64,000 bases of DNA from Antedon mediterranea (lineage: Eukaryota > Animalia > Echinodermata), in contig NC_092673.1 in NCBI RefSeq assembly GCF_964355755.1, forward strand, positions 35,771,648 through 35,835,647, read 5' to 3'. The position numbers were made by a program, and so were the translations under genes. The notes under the pieces were generated by a model, which saw only the letters and a program-made list of their open reading frames with translations, searched no databases and was not told where the DNA came from. Numbering within the stretch: the first letter of the stretch is position 1; each line of letters starts with the position of its first letter. This document shows, piece by piece, positions 1 through 12,697 of the stretch.

Positions 1-263
1 TCTTTAAAAAACAAGAAGAAATATACGCTTGGTAATTATTCTGGGGCAACATTTGATGATAATTTTGTTTGCAAACGATGACAAAGTAACAAAAATAATA
101 AAATAAATACATTAATTACATTTTTTCATGTTCATTTTGATGCTTCGATTCACAAATGCATATTTTACCCGTTCACAATTATCTACTCTCACTGAATAGA
201 ATAAGATTCGATAAAAACAGATTTAAACCAATTAAATTCATCTCAATTACATAGAAGACAAAT

Positions 264-362
264 TAAACTGTCTACACTATCAAACTTTATGTGACAAAAA
301 ATGTGATGTGCCCATATATGGACATGATGATGTCATATCATTACCATATTTGGGCACATCAC
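264..362. mobile_element. MITE family A (Harbinger/Tourist-like, CArG-bearing), partial
   Basis: CTGTCTACACTATCAAAC terminus and internal GTGCCCATATATGGACATGATGATGTCA shared with ~12 other copies in the window. Confidence 0.75.
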
Positions 363-631
363 TAGTCCATAAATTATACGATTAGATTTATAAAAAAATA
401 TTCTAAACACAATGCTGACAAAAACAAATAGAATATATTTTGTAATTATTTAGTCTTTATATAACTGATTTATCCATATTTCATTAATAGTTTCTTATAC
501 TAACGGACTGAGTGAGAAGTTGAGTTAAGACTTAGTTTGGTCCTTAAGTTTTGGATTCCAAGTATAAAGTTTTGGTTTGAATGTAAATCAGTGTTTTATC
601 TCGCAACAGCAGCAGTTACACAGGCAGCATA

Positions 632-785
632 AGCTTGGTTCCCACTATGACACAATACAAGGACGTGCAACGCAAGTAATTTGACTAATCGCAAGCGATG
701 GATAATCCGAACTGTTGCTTGTGATTGGTCAACCCACTTATGTTGTGTTTACGTCCTTGTGTTGCAACAAAATGAGAACCAAGCA
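632..785. mobile_element. MITE family B (Harbinger-like, TIR AGCTTGGTTCCCACTA)
   Basis: AGCTTGGTTCCCACTA ... GAGAACCAAGC; internal GCAACGCAAG repeats. Confidence 0.75.
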
Positions 786-1237
786 TTAGTGATTAAACAT
801 GCATAGATCTCCCTTCATATATATATTTACTTTTGGGCATCATTGAAAATTGAACCATCACTTCACAGTACTTAACTGTTAACGGAGCAAACTTAACTTA
901 TGATAGACATCCGTGATGTCATCATCTAAGACTCCTGCTTACCTCCAGAGGTAACCAACTCAAACCAACTACATTGACAGCACCTGTTTGTTTCTTTGCA
1001 CATAAACATTTGTATCATGAGTTGACAAACATCACAAGAGTTGTTTATTTATAATTTTATAGGTGCTTAAAACAGGTTGCTTATTTATACCACTGTGCAT
1101 TGTAAAGGTAAGCTTCCTGTCATACATTTAGACTGTAGCATACAGCGAGCCAACATGGCCATACCATAATTACTGGAGTTGGTTTCTAAGTTGAGTATCA
1201 AAAGTCTTTACAAATCTACCTAAACACTATACCTAAC

Positions 1238-4200
1238 CTAACTGGGAGGCTTTTCTTGGAATATATACAAATTATTTGTAGCTGCTACAGCAATTATGTT
1301 TTCTTTGGGATGCCATGCGGTGTGCAGGATTTTACGGTTGAAATCTAAACTATCTACACTCATCTCATCCTTCTTGCGCTTCGTTCCTGTACACACTTTA
1401 CGTGGCTTTAGCACCTGCAGTGGCTTCATGTTTTCTTTAGACGCTTCTAATGTTAGATCTCGTTTCGATGTGCGGTCAAACATTCTAAAGAAGTTGTTGT
1501 ATGAACCAGTCATAATTGCACTAAAAATTAAAGCAAATAATATTTATTTAATTTGTTATTCAAATAAAACAGTGGTTTCTATACAAGGAATGACTAGGGA
1601 CCACTGACTTCTTACCATAATAGATATAATCAAAACTGGTACATAAGTTATAAGTTAAACTGGTACATAAGGTATAATTAAAATGGTTGCACAAGTTTAT
1701 TTAAAAATATATAAACCAAAACAAAAAATTACAGTAAAAAAAAAAAATACAAATTACAGGGATGTTTTTTGTAAGAGAACATAAATTATTTGTTTTACTA
1801 TACTTTGGCTTATAATTAATTTGAGATATCTACAAACACAGAAGCCAGCACATTTTGTTAAGCTAAAAGAATTATACTTTACCTGTCATTTCCATTCCAA
1901 ACGCATTCAAATTTATCAAAGATACAATCATTTTCATACAATGAACAAAGTTTACTACGTAGATATTCATGGACTTGGAAGGTCTCGACAGGTGTGCTAT
2001 CCATGTGAAGATCCCACACTTTAACTGACAAATAATCCCTTGATATAAGATAGCGTCCACTGTGGCTGAATTTTACATCTGATATGGATGATATAATTTC
2101 CGAGAAGAAAGACCGGTTACTTGGATCCTCTGGTTCCTCAAATACTGTATAAAAATAAAATTGATTATCATGTTGTGAGAAATAATCCAATATACATACG
2201 GTAATGAGATCTAAAGCTCTGTCTACACTATCAAACAAAAAAATGTGATGTGCCCATATATGGACATGATGATGTCAAATCACTACCATATTTGAGATTA
2301 TCACTACCATATTTGGGCACATCACACTTTTTTTATAGATGGAACAGGATATATTGCTCACTGAAAAAATGTACTCTCTGATATCAAGATTTTTCCATTG
2401 GTTTTTTCAAACCAATTTCTACTCCACCCAAACTAACAATTTTAACTATCTTATTAGTAAATGGATGTACCTTTCTAAATAATGCAGTGAATTTTAAATT
2501 GTTTGAACTGGTTCAAGAGTACACACTCCCTAGTCCTATTTTGAGTCCTACAGTCAAAAACTATTGTGTAATTTACCTTAAATTTGCTTTCACATTTCTT
2601 CTTGTTTACACAAAGATTTCAGTTTGGTAAAAATGATTCCAGACCTCCAAACTTTTGTGGCCGTCTCCCAATTTTCGCGTAAAATAAATCCGCGAGAAAA
2701 ATTACAGAAATGCACTACAGTATTAAGTTAGTGTTACAGAAAAAATTTATCCATCGAGTAATTCATAACACTACACAATCTGTCCTTTGATATTTTACTC
2801 ATTTTCTGTTTTAACGTGGGACATACTAAGTATTGAAATACGTAGTGTCAAACTTTTACAAAAAGTATTTATTTCAGAACAAGTTAGTTGGATTAGTATA
2901 AACATAATACAAAACAAATTCCTGATCATTAAATTGTTTTGTATTTAGTTGGTGCAAGTTGTAAATCATTTTTTTTTTGGTAATTCAAAGTTGAGAGGTC
3001 TGAAATCAATGCTCAAAACTTAAATCTGAGAACTATGAACCTGAAACAAGATGAAATGTGAAAGGGCTTTTGAATAGAATGATAAGAATGATCTTACTTC
3101 TAGCATGTTGATCACATAGAGCAGCTGCTCGCATGTCACATAGTCTAATGGTCCCTTTGCTACTACTATATACAAACAGGTTACATTGCTTGGGGTGGAA
3201 TTCCGCGGCTGTTATCACCTCCGTAAGCTCTTCCATATTTGCTGGTTTTATATCAACAATATCTATTAAATTAACGCTTAAGGATAAAAAATTATTCTTA
3301 TAATGTAATACAAAATTATCATATTTAGGATAAAGATTTTGTGGACTGACTTCTATCATTTATCAAGAAAATACTATTGTTGTAAGCATAGGATAATTGG
3401 ACTGAATCAGAGCAAAACAAAGTGTCCCTTAATTAATAGGGAGTTGGCCTAGTGTTAATACATATATTGCCCTTTTGTGACAGCAAAGTGTCCCTTAATA
3501 GGGAGTTGGCCTAGTGTTAATACATATATTGCCCTTTTGTGACAGCAAAGTGTCCCTTAATAGGGGGTTCTGTAGTGTTGGCCATAGTTTTAAAACATAT
3601 ATTACACATTGCTCTTAGTTTCACAGGAAAATGACTCCTTAATAGGGGTGTTCCCTGAATAGGGGTGTTCCCTGAATAGGGGTGTTCCCTGAATAGGGGT
3701 GTTCCCTACATAGGGTGTTTCTACTGTATTTTTATTAATCATTTTAGAGTATTGTAAAAGGATACTGAAGCTCTGGTCCGTGATCCCTAAATGCCAAAGG
3801 TTAATGCGGAGGTCATCAGCTGATATGTACGTTTCAACATCACTATTGACAGATATTGAATTGATATGGTATGTGTGAGCATTCGCAAAGATTCTCCTAG
3901 GGCTGGCTTCTACCATTAATTCCATAGGGGTGGAATGCGGAATTCGTAATGATTGAATACTATTGTTTTCACGGATGAGTCCATCATCGTCTTTTAAGTT
4001 GAAACCAGTCCATCTTCTATCTCTTTCTGATACTTTCCATAATTTAATTGTCTTATCTAGAAAGAATGACAATATGTATTAAATACAATGATTATTTTGA
4101 AATGCAGCTATCAAATATATTTAATTTAATTAAAAGTAAATATTTTTGAAAAATTGTATAAAAACTGCTATACAAAATATGAATATAACTACATGTTTGT

Positions 4201-7200
4201 GCGAATTGTCATCCACATTTATGCAAAAATGTATTGCAATGTCTGTGGTATGTCAATCTCAAAAACAAAAAATATTGTGTACACTTAGCAGCATTAAGCC
4301 AAATGCAAACTTTATATCAATGGCTATCAGATGTCTCTGTGTAGATTTATTTATTTTATTTTTTTTTTTTAATGCGCCTTGAGCACTCTTGAGTGGTACA
4401 GTATGTGCGCTATAAAAATTCTGTTATTATTATAATTATTAGATGGTTACCTGAACCAGTACCAGTAAGAACTAAGCTGCCAGATTGCTGTACTTACCAT
4501 TTGTAGACAGGAGAAAGTGGGCATTATTATGTCTAGGTAACCATTTGATCTTGTTAATTTTCTCTTCAATTTCTAAACTTTTTAAGTAATCAAACTCTGG
4601 TTCATGACTCTGGAAAGTGCTATATACATTATATTCTCCTCTAGCTTGTTGTTGCTGCTGTTGTTGATCAAACTAAAAATGATAAAAACATAATTTTTTT
4701 TACTTAAAATAAGAATAAAGGCTTGTTTAATCAAATAGGAAACTTTTGATTTGCTATGACCTACGACCTAACCAGGTCAGGTCAATGTGTCATCTGGACC
4801 TAGAAGCCATCAAAACTGTGTCAAGGTGAGGAGGGAGGTAACAAGTGTCAATATCCATGTATCGTACAATATATTAACATGACAGAGTTTGGTCGTTAAT
4901 CGGAGCGCATTGAAGTGTTTTTAGAATGTTCTTCTAGTGACTTTTTAAAATTAACTTATATTTTATGCATGCGTGTGAATTTGATAGGACCTTGTAGTGT
5001 AGGTGGACATACTGCTGTTTGATAGGACCTTGTAGTGTAGGTGGACATACTGCTGTTTGATAGGACCTTGTAGTGTAGGTGGACATACTGCTGTTTGATA
5101 GGACCTTGTAGTGTAGGTGGACATACTGCTGTTTGATAGGACCTTGTAGTGTAGGTGGACATACTGCTGTTTGATAGGACCTTGTAGTGTAGGTGGACAT
5201 ACTGCTGTTTGATAGGACCTTGTAGTGTAGGTGGACATACTGCTGTTTGATAGGACCTTGTAGTGTAGGTGGACATACTGCTGTTTAATTTGTGATATTT
5301 GTTGGAATAAGTGTTTCAGCATCAGGTTCTTCTATTGAATTATTAATTAACATGAATTGTGTATTATATTGTGTGGGTGTGTGCATGTGTATTATATTGT
5401 GTGGGTGTGTGCATGTGTATTATATTGTGTGGGTGTGTGCATGTGTATTATATTGTGTGGGTGTGTGTATGTGTATTATATTGTGTGGGTGTGTGCATGT
5501 GTATTATATTGTGTGGGTGTGTGCATGTGTATTATATTGTGTGGGTGTGTGCATGTGTATTATATTGTGTGGGTGTGTGCATGCGACTTAATAATTGTGT
5601 ATTATATTGTGTGGGTGTGTGCATGCGACTTTCACTTATTTTTCAGTGTGGAGTCAGGAGAAAAATGGCAAAGGGCTCGCTATGTTCTAGGAGTTTTATG
5701 TGGTTAAGTTATCAGATAGTCTATTGTTTTGACAACTCTTTTCAACATGACCATTTTCCCTGAAACTGTGTGGATCGACCTTTTGACTGTAATAATTAAT
5801 TTACCAATGAGAGTAGTACACAAGATCATTACTTACTTTTTTACACTATATATTGATAATATTAATTAATGTGTTGCGAATACTCACTAAATCTTCTCTC
5901 TGAAAGATGACTACTCTTCCTCCCTTATCACCGGTTGCAAGTAGTTCTCCGTCGTGATTAAAGTCTACGGTTGAGATTATGTCCGCTGTTAGGAGAAAAA
6001 ACACAATCATTAGAATTATTTGCTGTACACTACACGGGGTCTATGGATAAATGTTCAGTTATGATTCATGTATTTCAAACTTTAATTTGAATGATTTAGT
6101 TTTTATCAGTCCATAAATTATTTCAGATTTAGTCAAAAAGGTGAGATGTTGACATTTTTATTACATAGTGTAGCTTAAGAGGTACAGTAAGGTTGTTTTT
6201 TTAATAGTTATAAATGTATTTTACCAGAGTTAGAAAGAAAAATAATTGACAGTCCTAAGTTTACAATAGCCAACTTGGCTTAACGGAAGATACGGTAGAG
6301 CTAAACTAAAGCTGTTAGTAAGTGCAATTTAAAACAATATGCAGCATGTCATAGTTACTTACTGTACTGTTCAAGGGTTAAAGCCAGCTCTAAATTTAAC
6401 AAATTGTAATGCAGGACATCAAATTAAGTTCACCACTTTGTTTCACTACTTTTACGCCTTGTGCCACCCCCCCCCCCCACCCCCTCCCACTAGTTCAAAA
6501 TCCTGGAACCCCACTTCGGAAAATAATTGCCCTTGCCACAGGCCTTTAAAAAGCAAGTTACTGTATTTTACAACAAAAGCTGCAACTTTTTGCATGTATT
6601 ACCAAAAGGTGTTGTGCACTAAATCAGGAAATATCAAGGCTGTACTCAGCTGCTTCTGGTTTGTAGAGGAGGAAATGACCCAAGTTCAATTTGTATAGGA
6701 AGTAACATTAAAATGAAACAATGACTACTGTAAACTACAAATCTAAACTATTATTATTATTAACTCCAATGTACTGTGGTAAATACAATTATATGTAGTA
6801 GTGTACAGAAAGCAAATTGCTGATATTTTAATATTGGACAAATAAATGCTGTCAATAGTGGCACATTCATTCATTAACTATGGGTTTAGCTGAAGATAGT
6901 GCCACTTAATGAAAAATTGTAAAAATTGAATGCTGCCGTCTTCGGTATCGTAGAATGCAACAGGTGTGTGTGTGTTAAGCTCTGTCCACACTATCAAACT
7001 AGTTTGACAAAAATGTGTGATGTGCCCAAATATGGTAGTGATATGCCCAAATATGGTATTGATATGACATGTCCATATATGGGCACATCACATTTTTTTG
7101 TCACGTAAAGTTTGATAGTGTAGATAGAGCTTTAGGCTCTAGCTAAACCATATTCCATGCAAATTAGCCCTACTTCTCAGCATAAGGTTAATAAGCACAT

Positions 7201-9204
7201 TGTCTACTTTCAAAACATGGAGTAGATAACACAACACACTTAAATCACTACTGTACAGTATGATATGCAGTGTTTAAAACCAAATCCTTTTCATTCCCTA
7301 AATGCTAGCAGTGACAAATAGCCATCTTATAGAACAGCAAGAGACACTGAATAGAAATTTCTAACAATTGTTCAAATTAATATACTGTATTTTTTTAAAA
7401 ATGCTCCAAACCAATTATTATTTAAATATCATTATGTCTGATTGATTTATGTAACAATAATTTGTGTCGGTGGTCGATCAAGCATATCATATTGTTCAAC
7501 AAGTTTCCTGTTTTTTTGTGTAATACATTCAATATATTTCCCTCAATTTTTTAACAGCATTATATCAATACAGTACAAACACATTAATCAACACATTTAT
7601 AAACACATTTATAATGTAAAGAGGCACTTCACTCACTTGAATGACTATTTATACTGTTGTTTATTACTACTATGCACCAATACAGTACTTTGGTTTTTTT
7701 TTTAAATAACGGTAGAAATAAATAAAATACTGTAAACCTTAGCAGCTACAGTACTGTAAACCTTAGCAGCTACAGTACTGTAAACCTTAGCAGCTACAGT
7801 ACTGTAAACCTTAGCAGCTACAGTACTGTACACCTTAGCAGCTACAGTACTGTAAACCTTAGCAGACAGTACTGTAAACCTTAGCAGCTACAGTACTGTA
7901 AACCTTAGCAGCTACAGTACTGTAAACCTTAGCAGCTACAGTACTGTAAACCTTAGCAGCTACAGTACTGTAAACCTTCACGACAGATCATGATACCAGA
8001 AGAAATTAATCTCTAACAATACTTTCAATTTATCCAAATTCAGAAAAACATTCATCAGTGGAAAATCCCTTGTGTTTGCTCGGAGAGTTACAAAACAGAT
8101 AAATGAAAAATTAACAAAAACAATTACAAAGTGTCACATCTCTCTCGTACAAAAGAGTTTGGGAATCATGGTATACATAAAAAATGTACATTAAAATGTT
8201 TGCAGCAGGCTAAAATGGACAAACCTTCAGTGACATCTTCTTCCACAGTTCCTTTCAGTTGTGAGAAACACCAACTTGTTTCACCAGCACCTGAAAAAAC
8301 AAAGGTTTTATATCAAGTTGTTGTTGGCATAAAGTAAGTGTTTATATCTTTGTATTTTGTAGGAAGTCCTGTAAATAGTACCTTATCTGATTTCTGGTGG
8401 GTGTGGCATAAGTACATCTAAAATGTGGTACAAAATGTAAGTTTTGATTTAAAAACATGTGAAATGAACAGTAGTTTGGCATACTTAGAATTATACTCAC
8501 GCTATCTGTTTTTTGGTAATGGGAAAAAGGGTAATGTAGTATATAAAGAAAATAAAAAATAAAATCCAACTTATTAATTAGATTCTTAAAGTTTAGATTG
8601 TATTCAATATGCTATATCAAAGCCTAGCTTGGCTACTACTACTGCTATGTATGTATGGTAGGATTGCAAGCAATGTGCAAAATGTACCCAGGTCAGTACA
8701 ACTCTGCTGCCTGTTTATTGATATCATCTCAACTGTCCCTCCCTCATTTAATTGAAATGAGAAGGTTGCGCGGCAATGCAGAATGGCAAAACATAAATGT
8801 AACAAAGAATAGATACCCAGCACGGACATAGGCCTATCCTAGTATTAAAACAAGTTTAGAAAAAAAGAAAATAAAGCAAGATTCAACACATTTCTTAAAC
8901 CATTTCTTGACAAATCCATCAGGTGGTGGTGTCAAATTCAAATACAGTGATGGGTAGGGAAACGTAAATAAACATCTAAATTCGAACGACATATTGGTTT
9001 AAAAGTACACAAGCTATGATCAATGATATTCATTGCAACTTGACAATGTTCTATTTGTTTGCTTTCTGTCGTTGACTATTCATTCTACCCTCCGCTCCGC
9101 ACTACACTAGACTAGTTTTGAATGTCGTACATACAACAAGTACAACACAATGACTCTTCAGAATGCATACATGCAATCAATCAACAAACAAACTCACCTG
9201 CCAT
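1238..9204 (-). CDS. PPP2R2: PP2A regulatory subunit B55 (PR55/B family, WD40; PPP2R2/twins orthologue), 8 coding exons, 448 aa
   Basis: Exons 9204-9198 (ATG GCA G), 8290-8225, 5985-5888, 4672-4498, 4056-3766, 3262-3098, 2144-1883, 1520-1238. All introns GT-AG; total 1347 nt in frame. Hallmark motifs [102 protein letters not shown]. Confidence 0.97.
2212..2334. mobile_element. MITE family A, partial
   Basis: AGCTCTGTCTACACTATCAAA terminus and the same internal sequence. Confidence 0.8.
3263..3765 (-). other. U12-type (minor spliceosome) GT-AG intron in the B55 gene
   Basis: The 5' splice site reads GTATCCTTTT (U12 consensus RTATCCTTT). A branch-like TTTATCCTTAAG lies ~15 nt before the AG, with no strong polypyrimidine tract. 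Splicing restores TDQSF-N-IVDIKP. Confidence 0.9.
3415..3726. mobile_element. MITE family D (CAGTAGAAAC terminus, GTGTCCC/GGGACAC subrepeats; Tc1/mariner-like) inside the U12 intron
   Basis: Ends GTTTCTACTG-TA. Contains a ~61-bp internal duplication and 17-bp AATAGGGGTGTTCCCTG repeats. Related pieces at 29135-30510, 32990-33196 and 48730-48870. Confidence 0.6.
4980..5286. repeat. 38-bp tandem array, ~8 identical copies
   Basis: Unit TTGATAGGACCTTGTAGTGTAGGTGGACATACTGCTGT. Confidence 0.95.
5358..5627. repeat. 28-bp tandem array, ~9 copies
   Basis: Unit TGTGTATTATATTGTGTGGGTGTGTGCA. Confidence 0.95.
6978..7131. mobile_element. MITE family A, full length
   Basis: Terminal inverted repeats AGCTCTGTCCACACTATCAAAC / GTTTGATAGTGTAGATAGAGCT flanked by TTA on both sides (TWA target duplication). 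Confidence 0.88.
7728..7978. repeat. 24-bp tandem array, ~10 copies
   Basis: Unit TACTGTAAACCTTAGCAGCTACAG. Confidence 0.95.
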
Positions 9205-10277
9205 TTTTGTTGCATAAAAATGTCCGACGCAAAATCTCACTCAAAATACCTAATTAAGTTGTCATGACTTTTTAAAAGAATTGCAAAAACGATTAAGACG
9301 ATCAATTCATGATAAATACAGGAGGCATTTTCACTCCTATAAAATGGCGAATTTACAAGAGGGAAGTGTCTAGTATGACGTCAAATGAATTCAGTTGTTT
9401 GAAATGTTGTTCTCCACTAACTAGTGCCGCATGAGGGCGACATTACTAAAATACAAACTATCAAAGAATGGAGGAAACTTGATGGCAATCGGAATGATGC
9501 AACATTTACAAAAAATATCACTAAATAGAGTTTGCTAAAATTAATATTTTTAGGTATGGTTGGTTGCGGTTGGTTGCATTTGGTTGGGGGAATGGGTAGA
9601 CAAATGTTGTTGTGTGGAACTGTTGTTGGGTTGTTAGATGAAGACTATCAGATAGTTGGATCATGGAGATGGTTTGGATACGTTGTCTTTTATGGGGAGT
9701 AAAGTAGGAGAAACAAAATCTAATTAGGAAAGAGTAAAATCTACATCATCATTTCTTGACGTTTATTTATATTTGCTCATTGTCGAAAGCCTACGTCATC
9801 AGATCAACCATTATGCCGACATCATCATGTCTAAATAAACTCATTCATATTTATTTACCGATGATACATCGGCGGCTTGACGTCTTGAATGTTTATTTAT
9901 TTAATATTATTATTGTTTATGTTAATTATTGTAGGCCTATTATTTGACAACCAACTTACCTGAAATATACATAATGACGCAAATCTCAATCAATTAATTA
10001 TTTATATAAGTTATAGGAGCCTAATCCATCCACGGGAATGAGATTGTCACCAAATGTAATGAAATATAGAGACCAAAATAAGTTTAACAGCACACTTTAC
10101 GTCACTGGTTCTTAAAACAAATTATTTGTGTACGAGACAGAGCGAGTAAAGAAAAACATGAATCGAATGGCGTCAAAGTTTGTTTTCCAATGTAACATCG
10201 TAGAATCAAGTGCATTATCATAACATTGTCATAATTCATTTAGCACATTTCATCATTTGCATCCATATAATTACAAA

Positions 10278-10878
10278 GTTTATATATATTAGTGTTTACT
10301 CTCGGCATGGAGCTAAATGTTTATATATATTAGTGTTTACTCTCGGCATGGAGCTAAATGTTTATATATATTAGTGTTTACTCTCGGCACGGAGCTAAAT
10401 GTTTATATATATTAGTGTTTACTCTCGGCATGGAGCTAAATGTTTATATATATTAGTGTTTACTCTCGGCACGGAGCTAAATGTTTATATATATTAGTGT
10501 TTACTCTCGGCATGGAGCTAAATGTTTATATATATTAGTGTTTACTCTCGGCACGGAGCTAAATGTTTATATATATTAGTGTTTACTCTCGGCATGGAGC
10601 TAAATGTTTATATATATTAGTGTTTACTCTCGGCATGGAGCTAAATGTTTATATATATTAGTGTTTACTCTCGGCATGGAGCTAAATGTTTATATATATT
10701 AGTGTTTACTCTCGGCAGTGTTTACTCTCGGCATGGAGCTAAATGTTTATATATATTAGTGTTTACTCTCGGCAGTGTTTACTCTCGGCATGGAGCTAAA
10801 TGTTTATATATATTAGTGTTTACTCTCGGCAGTGTTTACTCTCGGCAGTGTTTACTCTCGGTATGGAGCTAAATGTTT
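10278..10878. repeat. 41-bp tandem array, ~13 copies; distal units carry an internal 16-bp duplication
   Basis: Unit TTTATATATATTAGTGTTTACTCTCGGCAYGGAGCTAAATG. Confidence 0.95.
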
Positions 10879-10892
10879 CCTCCATCATCTAA

Positions 10893-11031
10893 AGCTCTGT
10901 CTACACACTATCAAAATAGTTTGAAAAAAAAAGTGTGATGTGCCCAAATACGGAAGTGATATTACATCATCATGTTCAATGAGCACATCAAATGTTTTTG
11001 TCACATAACATTTGATAGTGTGGACAGAGCT
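10893..11031. mobile_element. MITE family A, full length
   Basis: Both TIRs present; TAA/TTA flanks. Confidence 0.85.
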
Positions 11032-11785
11032 TTAGGTGCGGGGCGAAATCTTCATCGACCTCTTTACAACTCTCTTTCATGATGATATTTATTCTATTTT
11101 TTGTTATATTTAACTTATTTATTTATAGAGAGTGGCCCAAACAGCACACAAACATCATGCATATGCCGATCGCGGAAATCATAAAATAATTCCAACTCAC
11201 TCATAAACCAAATCCAAATGTTTAGTGCCTTATAAATTTGAACAAATAGTGGTATTTATTCATTATTATAGCAATGGCACTAACTGCAATGAACTTTTTC
11301 AATTAGAGCGTGTGGAATGGAATGTATCATCTAACAAAACGACATTTCTTTCAGGCTTTGTTGTCTGATAGCTTCTTTTCATATGAACAAATAAACCCAA
11401 TTACCCTGTCCAACCATTACTAGAATGTGTACCGTATATGCATGAATACGAACGAATAACACGTGTAGGACAATAAAGAAATAACAAGTGGAATTTTTCA
11501 CATTCAGCAAGAGTTGTTTATCATGAATTTATACGCTATAATGGTTGTTTTAAAAACTAATAAATATGTTTTTATAACATTAGTAACCAATATTAAAGTA
11601 CCAGGTATTTAATTTCAGTCGGTGTGTAATAAGCCAAATGTCAGACGTAGCCGATAGCTAAATAGACTTGTTCTTGTTTATTATATGTACTCGCGTTCAT
11701 GTTCATTGATCGCCTGTTCAACCGACCAAACTATGTTTGCAATGCTCGATATTAATCGCCTATAACAATATTGGCCGACTCTTAC

Positions 11786-12026
11786 CTTCGGTTTTTACTG
11801 TGTGTTTAGCCGCTGGAAAACTCAACATATTCCGACAATTGGTCAGCGTATTTTGGACGGAATTTATAGCATTTGAGTAGAGTTGGGCCGGTCCGCCTAA
11901 CATTGCTAGCTCCTCCTTTAACCACCAAGCGGCAACTCCTTCTGGACTGCGTCTAAATGTCGGAGGACTGGTTGAGTTCGGTGTCCATGCTCGACGAGAA
12001 GACACTTGGTCCAACCAAGGAAGCAT
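11786..12026 (-). CDS. Probable alternative first coding exon of the B55 gene (80-aa N-terminal extension)
   Basis: GC-richer open frame MLPWLDQVSS...KHTVKTE ending in the phase-1 donor GAAG|GTAAGA, the same phase as B55 exons 1 and 2. Acceptor AG at 12033-12034, upstream GTGAGT donors near 12086-12090, TATAAAT at 12266-12272 on minus. Confidence 0.55.
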
Positions 12027-12569
12027 ATAATCCTTTAACAATAATAATCTTTAGAAAACTATAAAAAAACGATCCATCAAACTCACTCACACCGGACTTT
12101 GTACTCTGTCATTCCAAAATGAGAATATTATTTGTGTACACACATGATGATGACGTTTGAGGGAATGCCTCTGATATCGATTTGTTTCTGATTCGTTGTT
12201 CTATTGCCTACGTATTGTATTCGATCCATTACGATTTTCACGCTTAATTCCCACAGGGACAATTCATTTATACGGCCGGCGATTCAAACAAAATTGACAA
12301 TTAAAAATGTACTCATTGGTATTTAATAGTTATATCTGTACTTGACTAATGATAACAAAGCGCAGTCTGGCGGCCGTCACAATATCAGGCCTACTGAATT
12401 TTTTATCCTCCAACATCCCTTTGTTTTGGGACATTTTTGTTTAGTTTGTTACGAAGTTTTGTGTTATTTCGCGTTACCAAATCCTTTACTAATTGATTGT
12501 GGGGGATACACGTTACATTACGTGTACGCGTAATATGTGACGTCACAGTGCGCTGCCAAATGTAAAGTA

Positions 12570-12697
12570 CTTCTACACCATAAAACTTTATGTGACAAAA
12601 AATGTGATGGGCCTAAATGGACATGATGATGTCATATCACTACCATTAAGCATATCACTCTTTTTTTTTTGTGAAACTAGTTTGATAGTGTAGACTT
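12570..12697. mobile_element. MITE family A, degenerate
   Basis: GGACATGATGATGTCATATCACTACCA core and AAACTAGTTTGATAGTGTAGAC end. Confidence 0.7.

Noticed and set aside
1296-1607. Plus-strand 103-aa ORF
   Set aside because: Antisense shadow of the last B55 exon.
4934-5763. Overlapping Cys/Val/Tyr-rich ORFs
   Set aside because: They derive from the 38-bp and 28-bp arrays inside B55 intron 3.
8382-8417. Possible 36-nt cassette or poison exon in B55 intron 1 (minus: TTTTAG|...TAAG|GTACTA)
   Set aside because: The donor is weak and inclusion would add an in-frame stop; no other support.
12091-12112. Minus-strand ATG ACA GAG TAC AAA (MTEYK), like the Ras N-terminus
   Set aside because: No P-loop follows in any spliced frame; at most a short upstream ORF in the alternative B55 leader.
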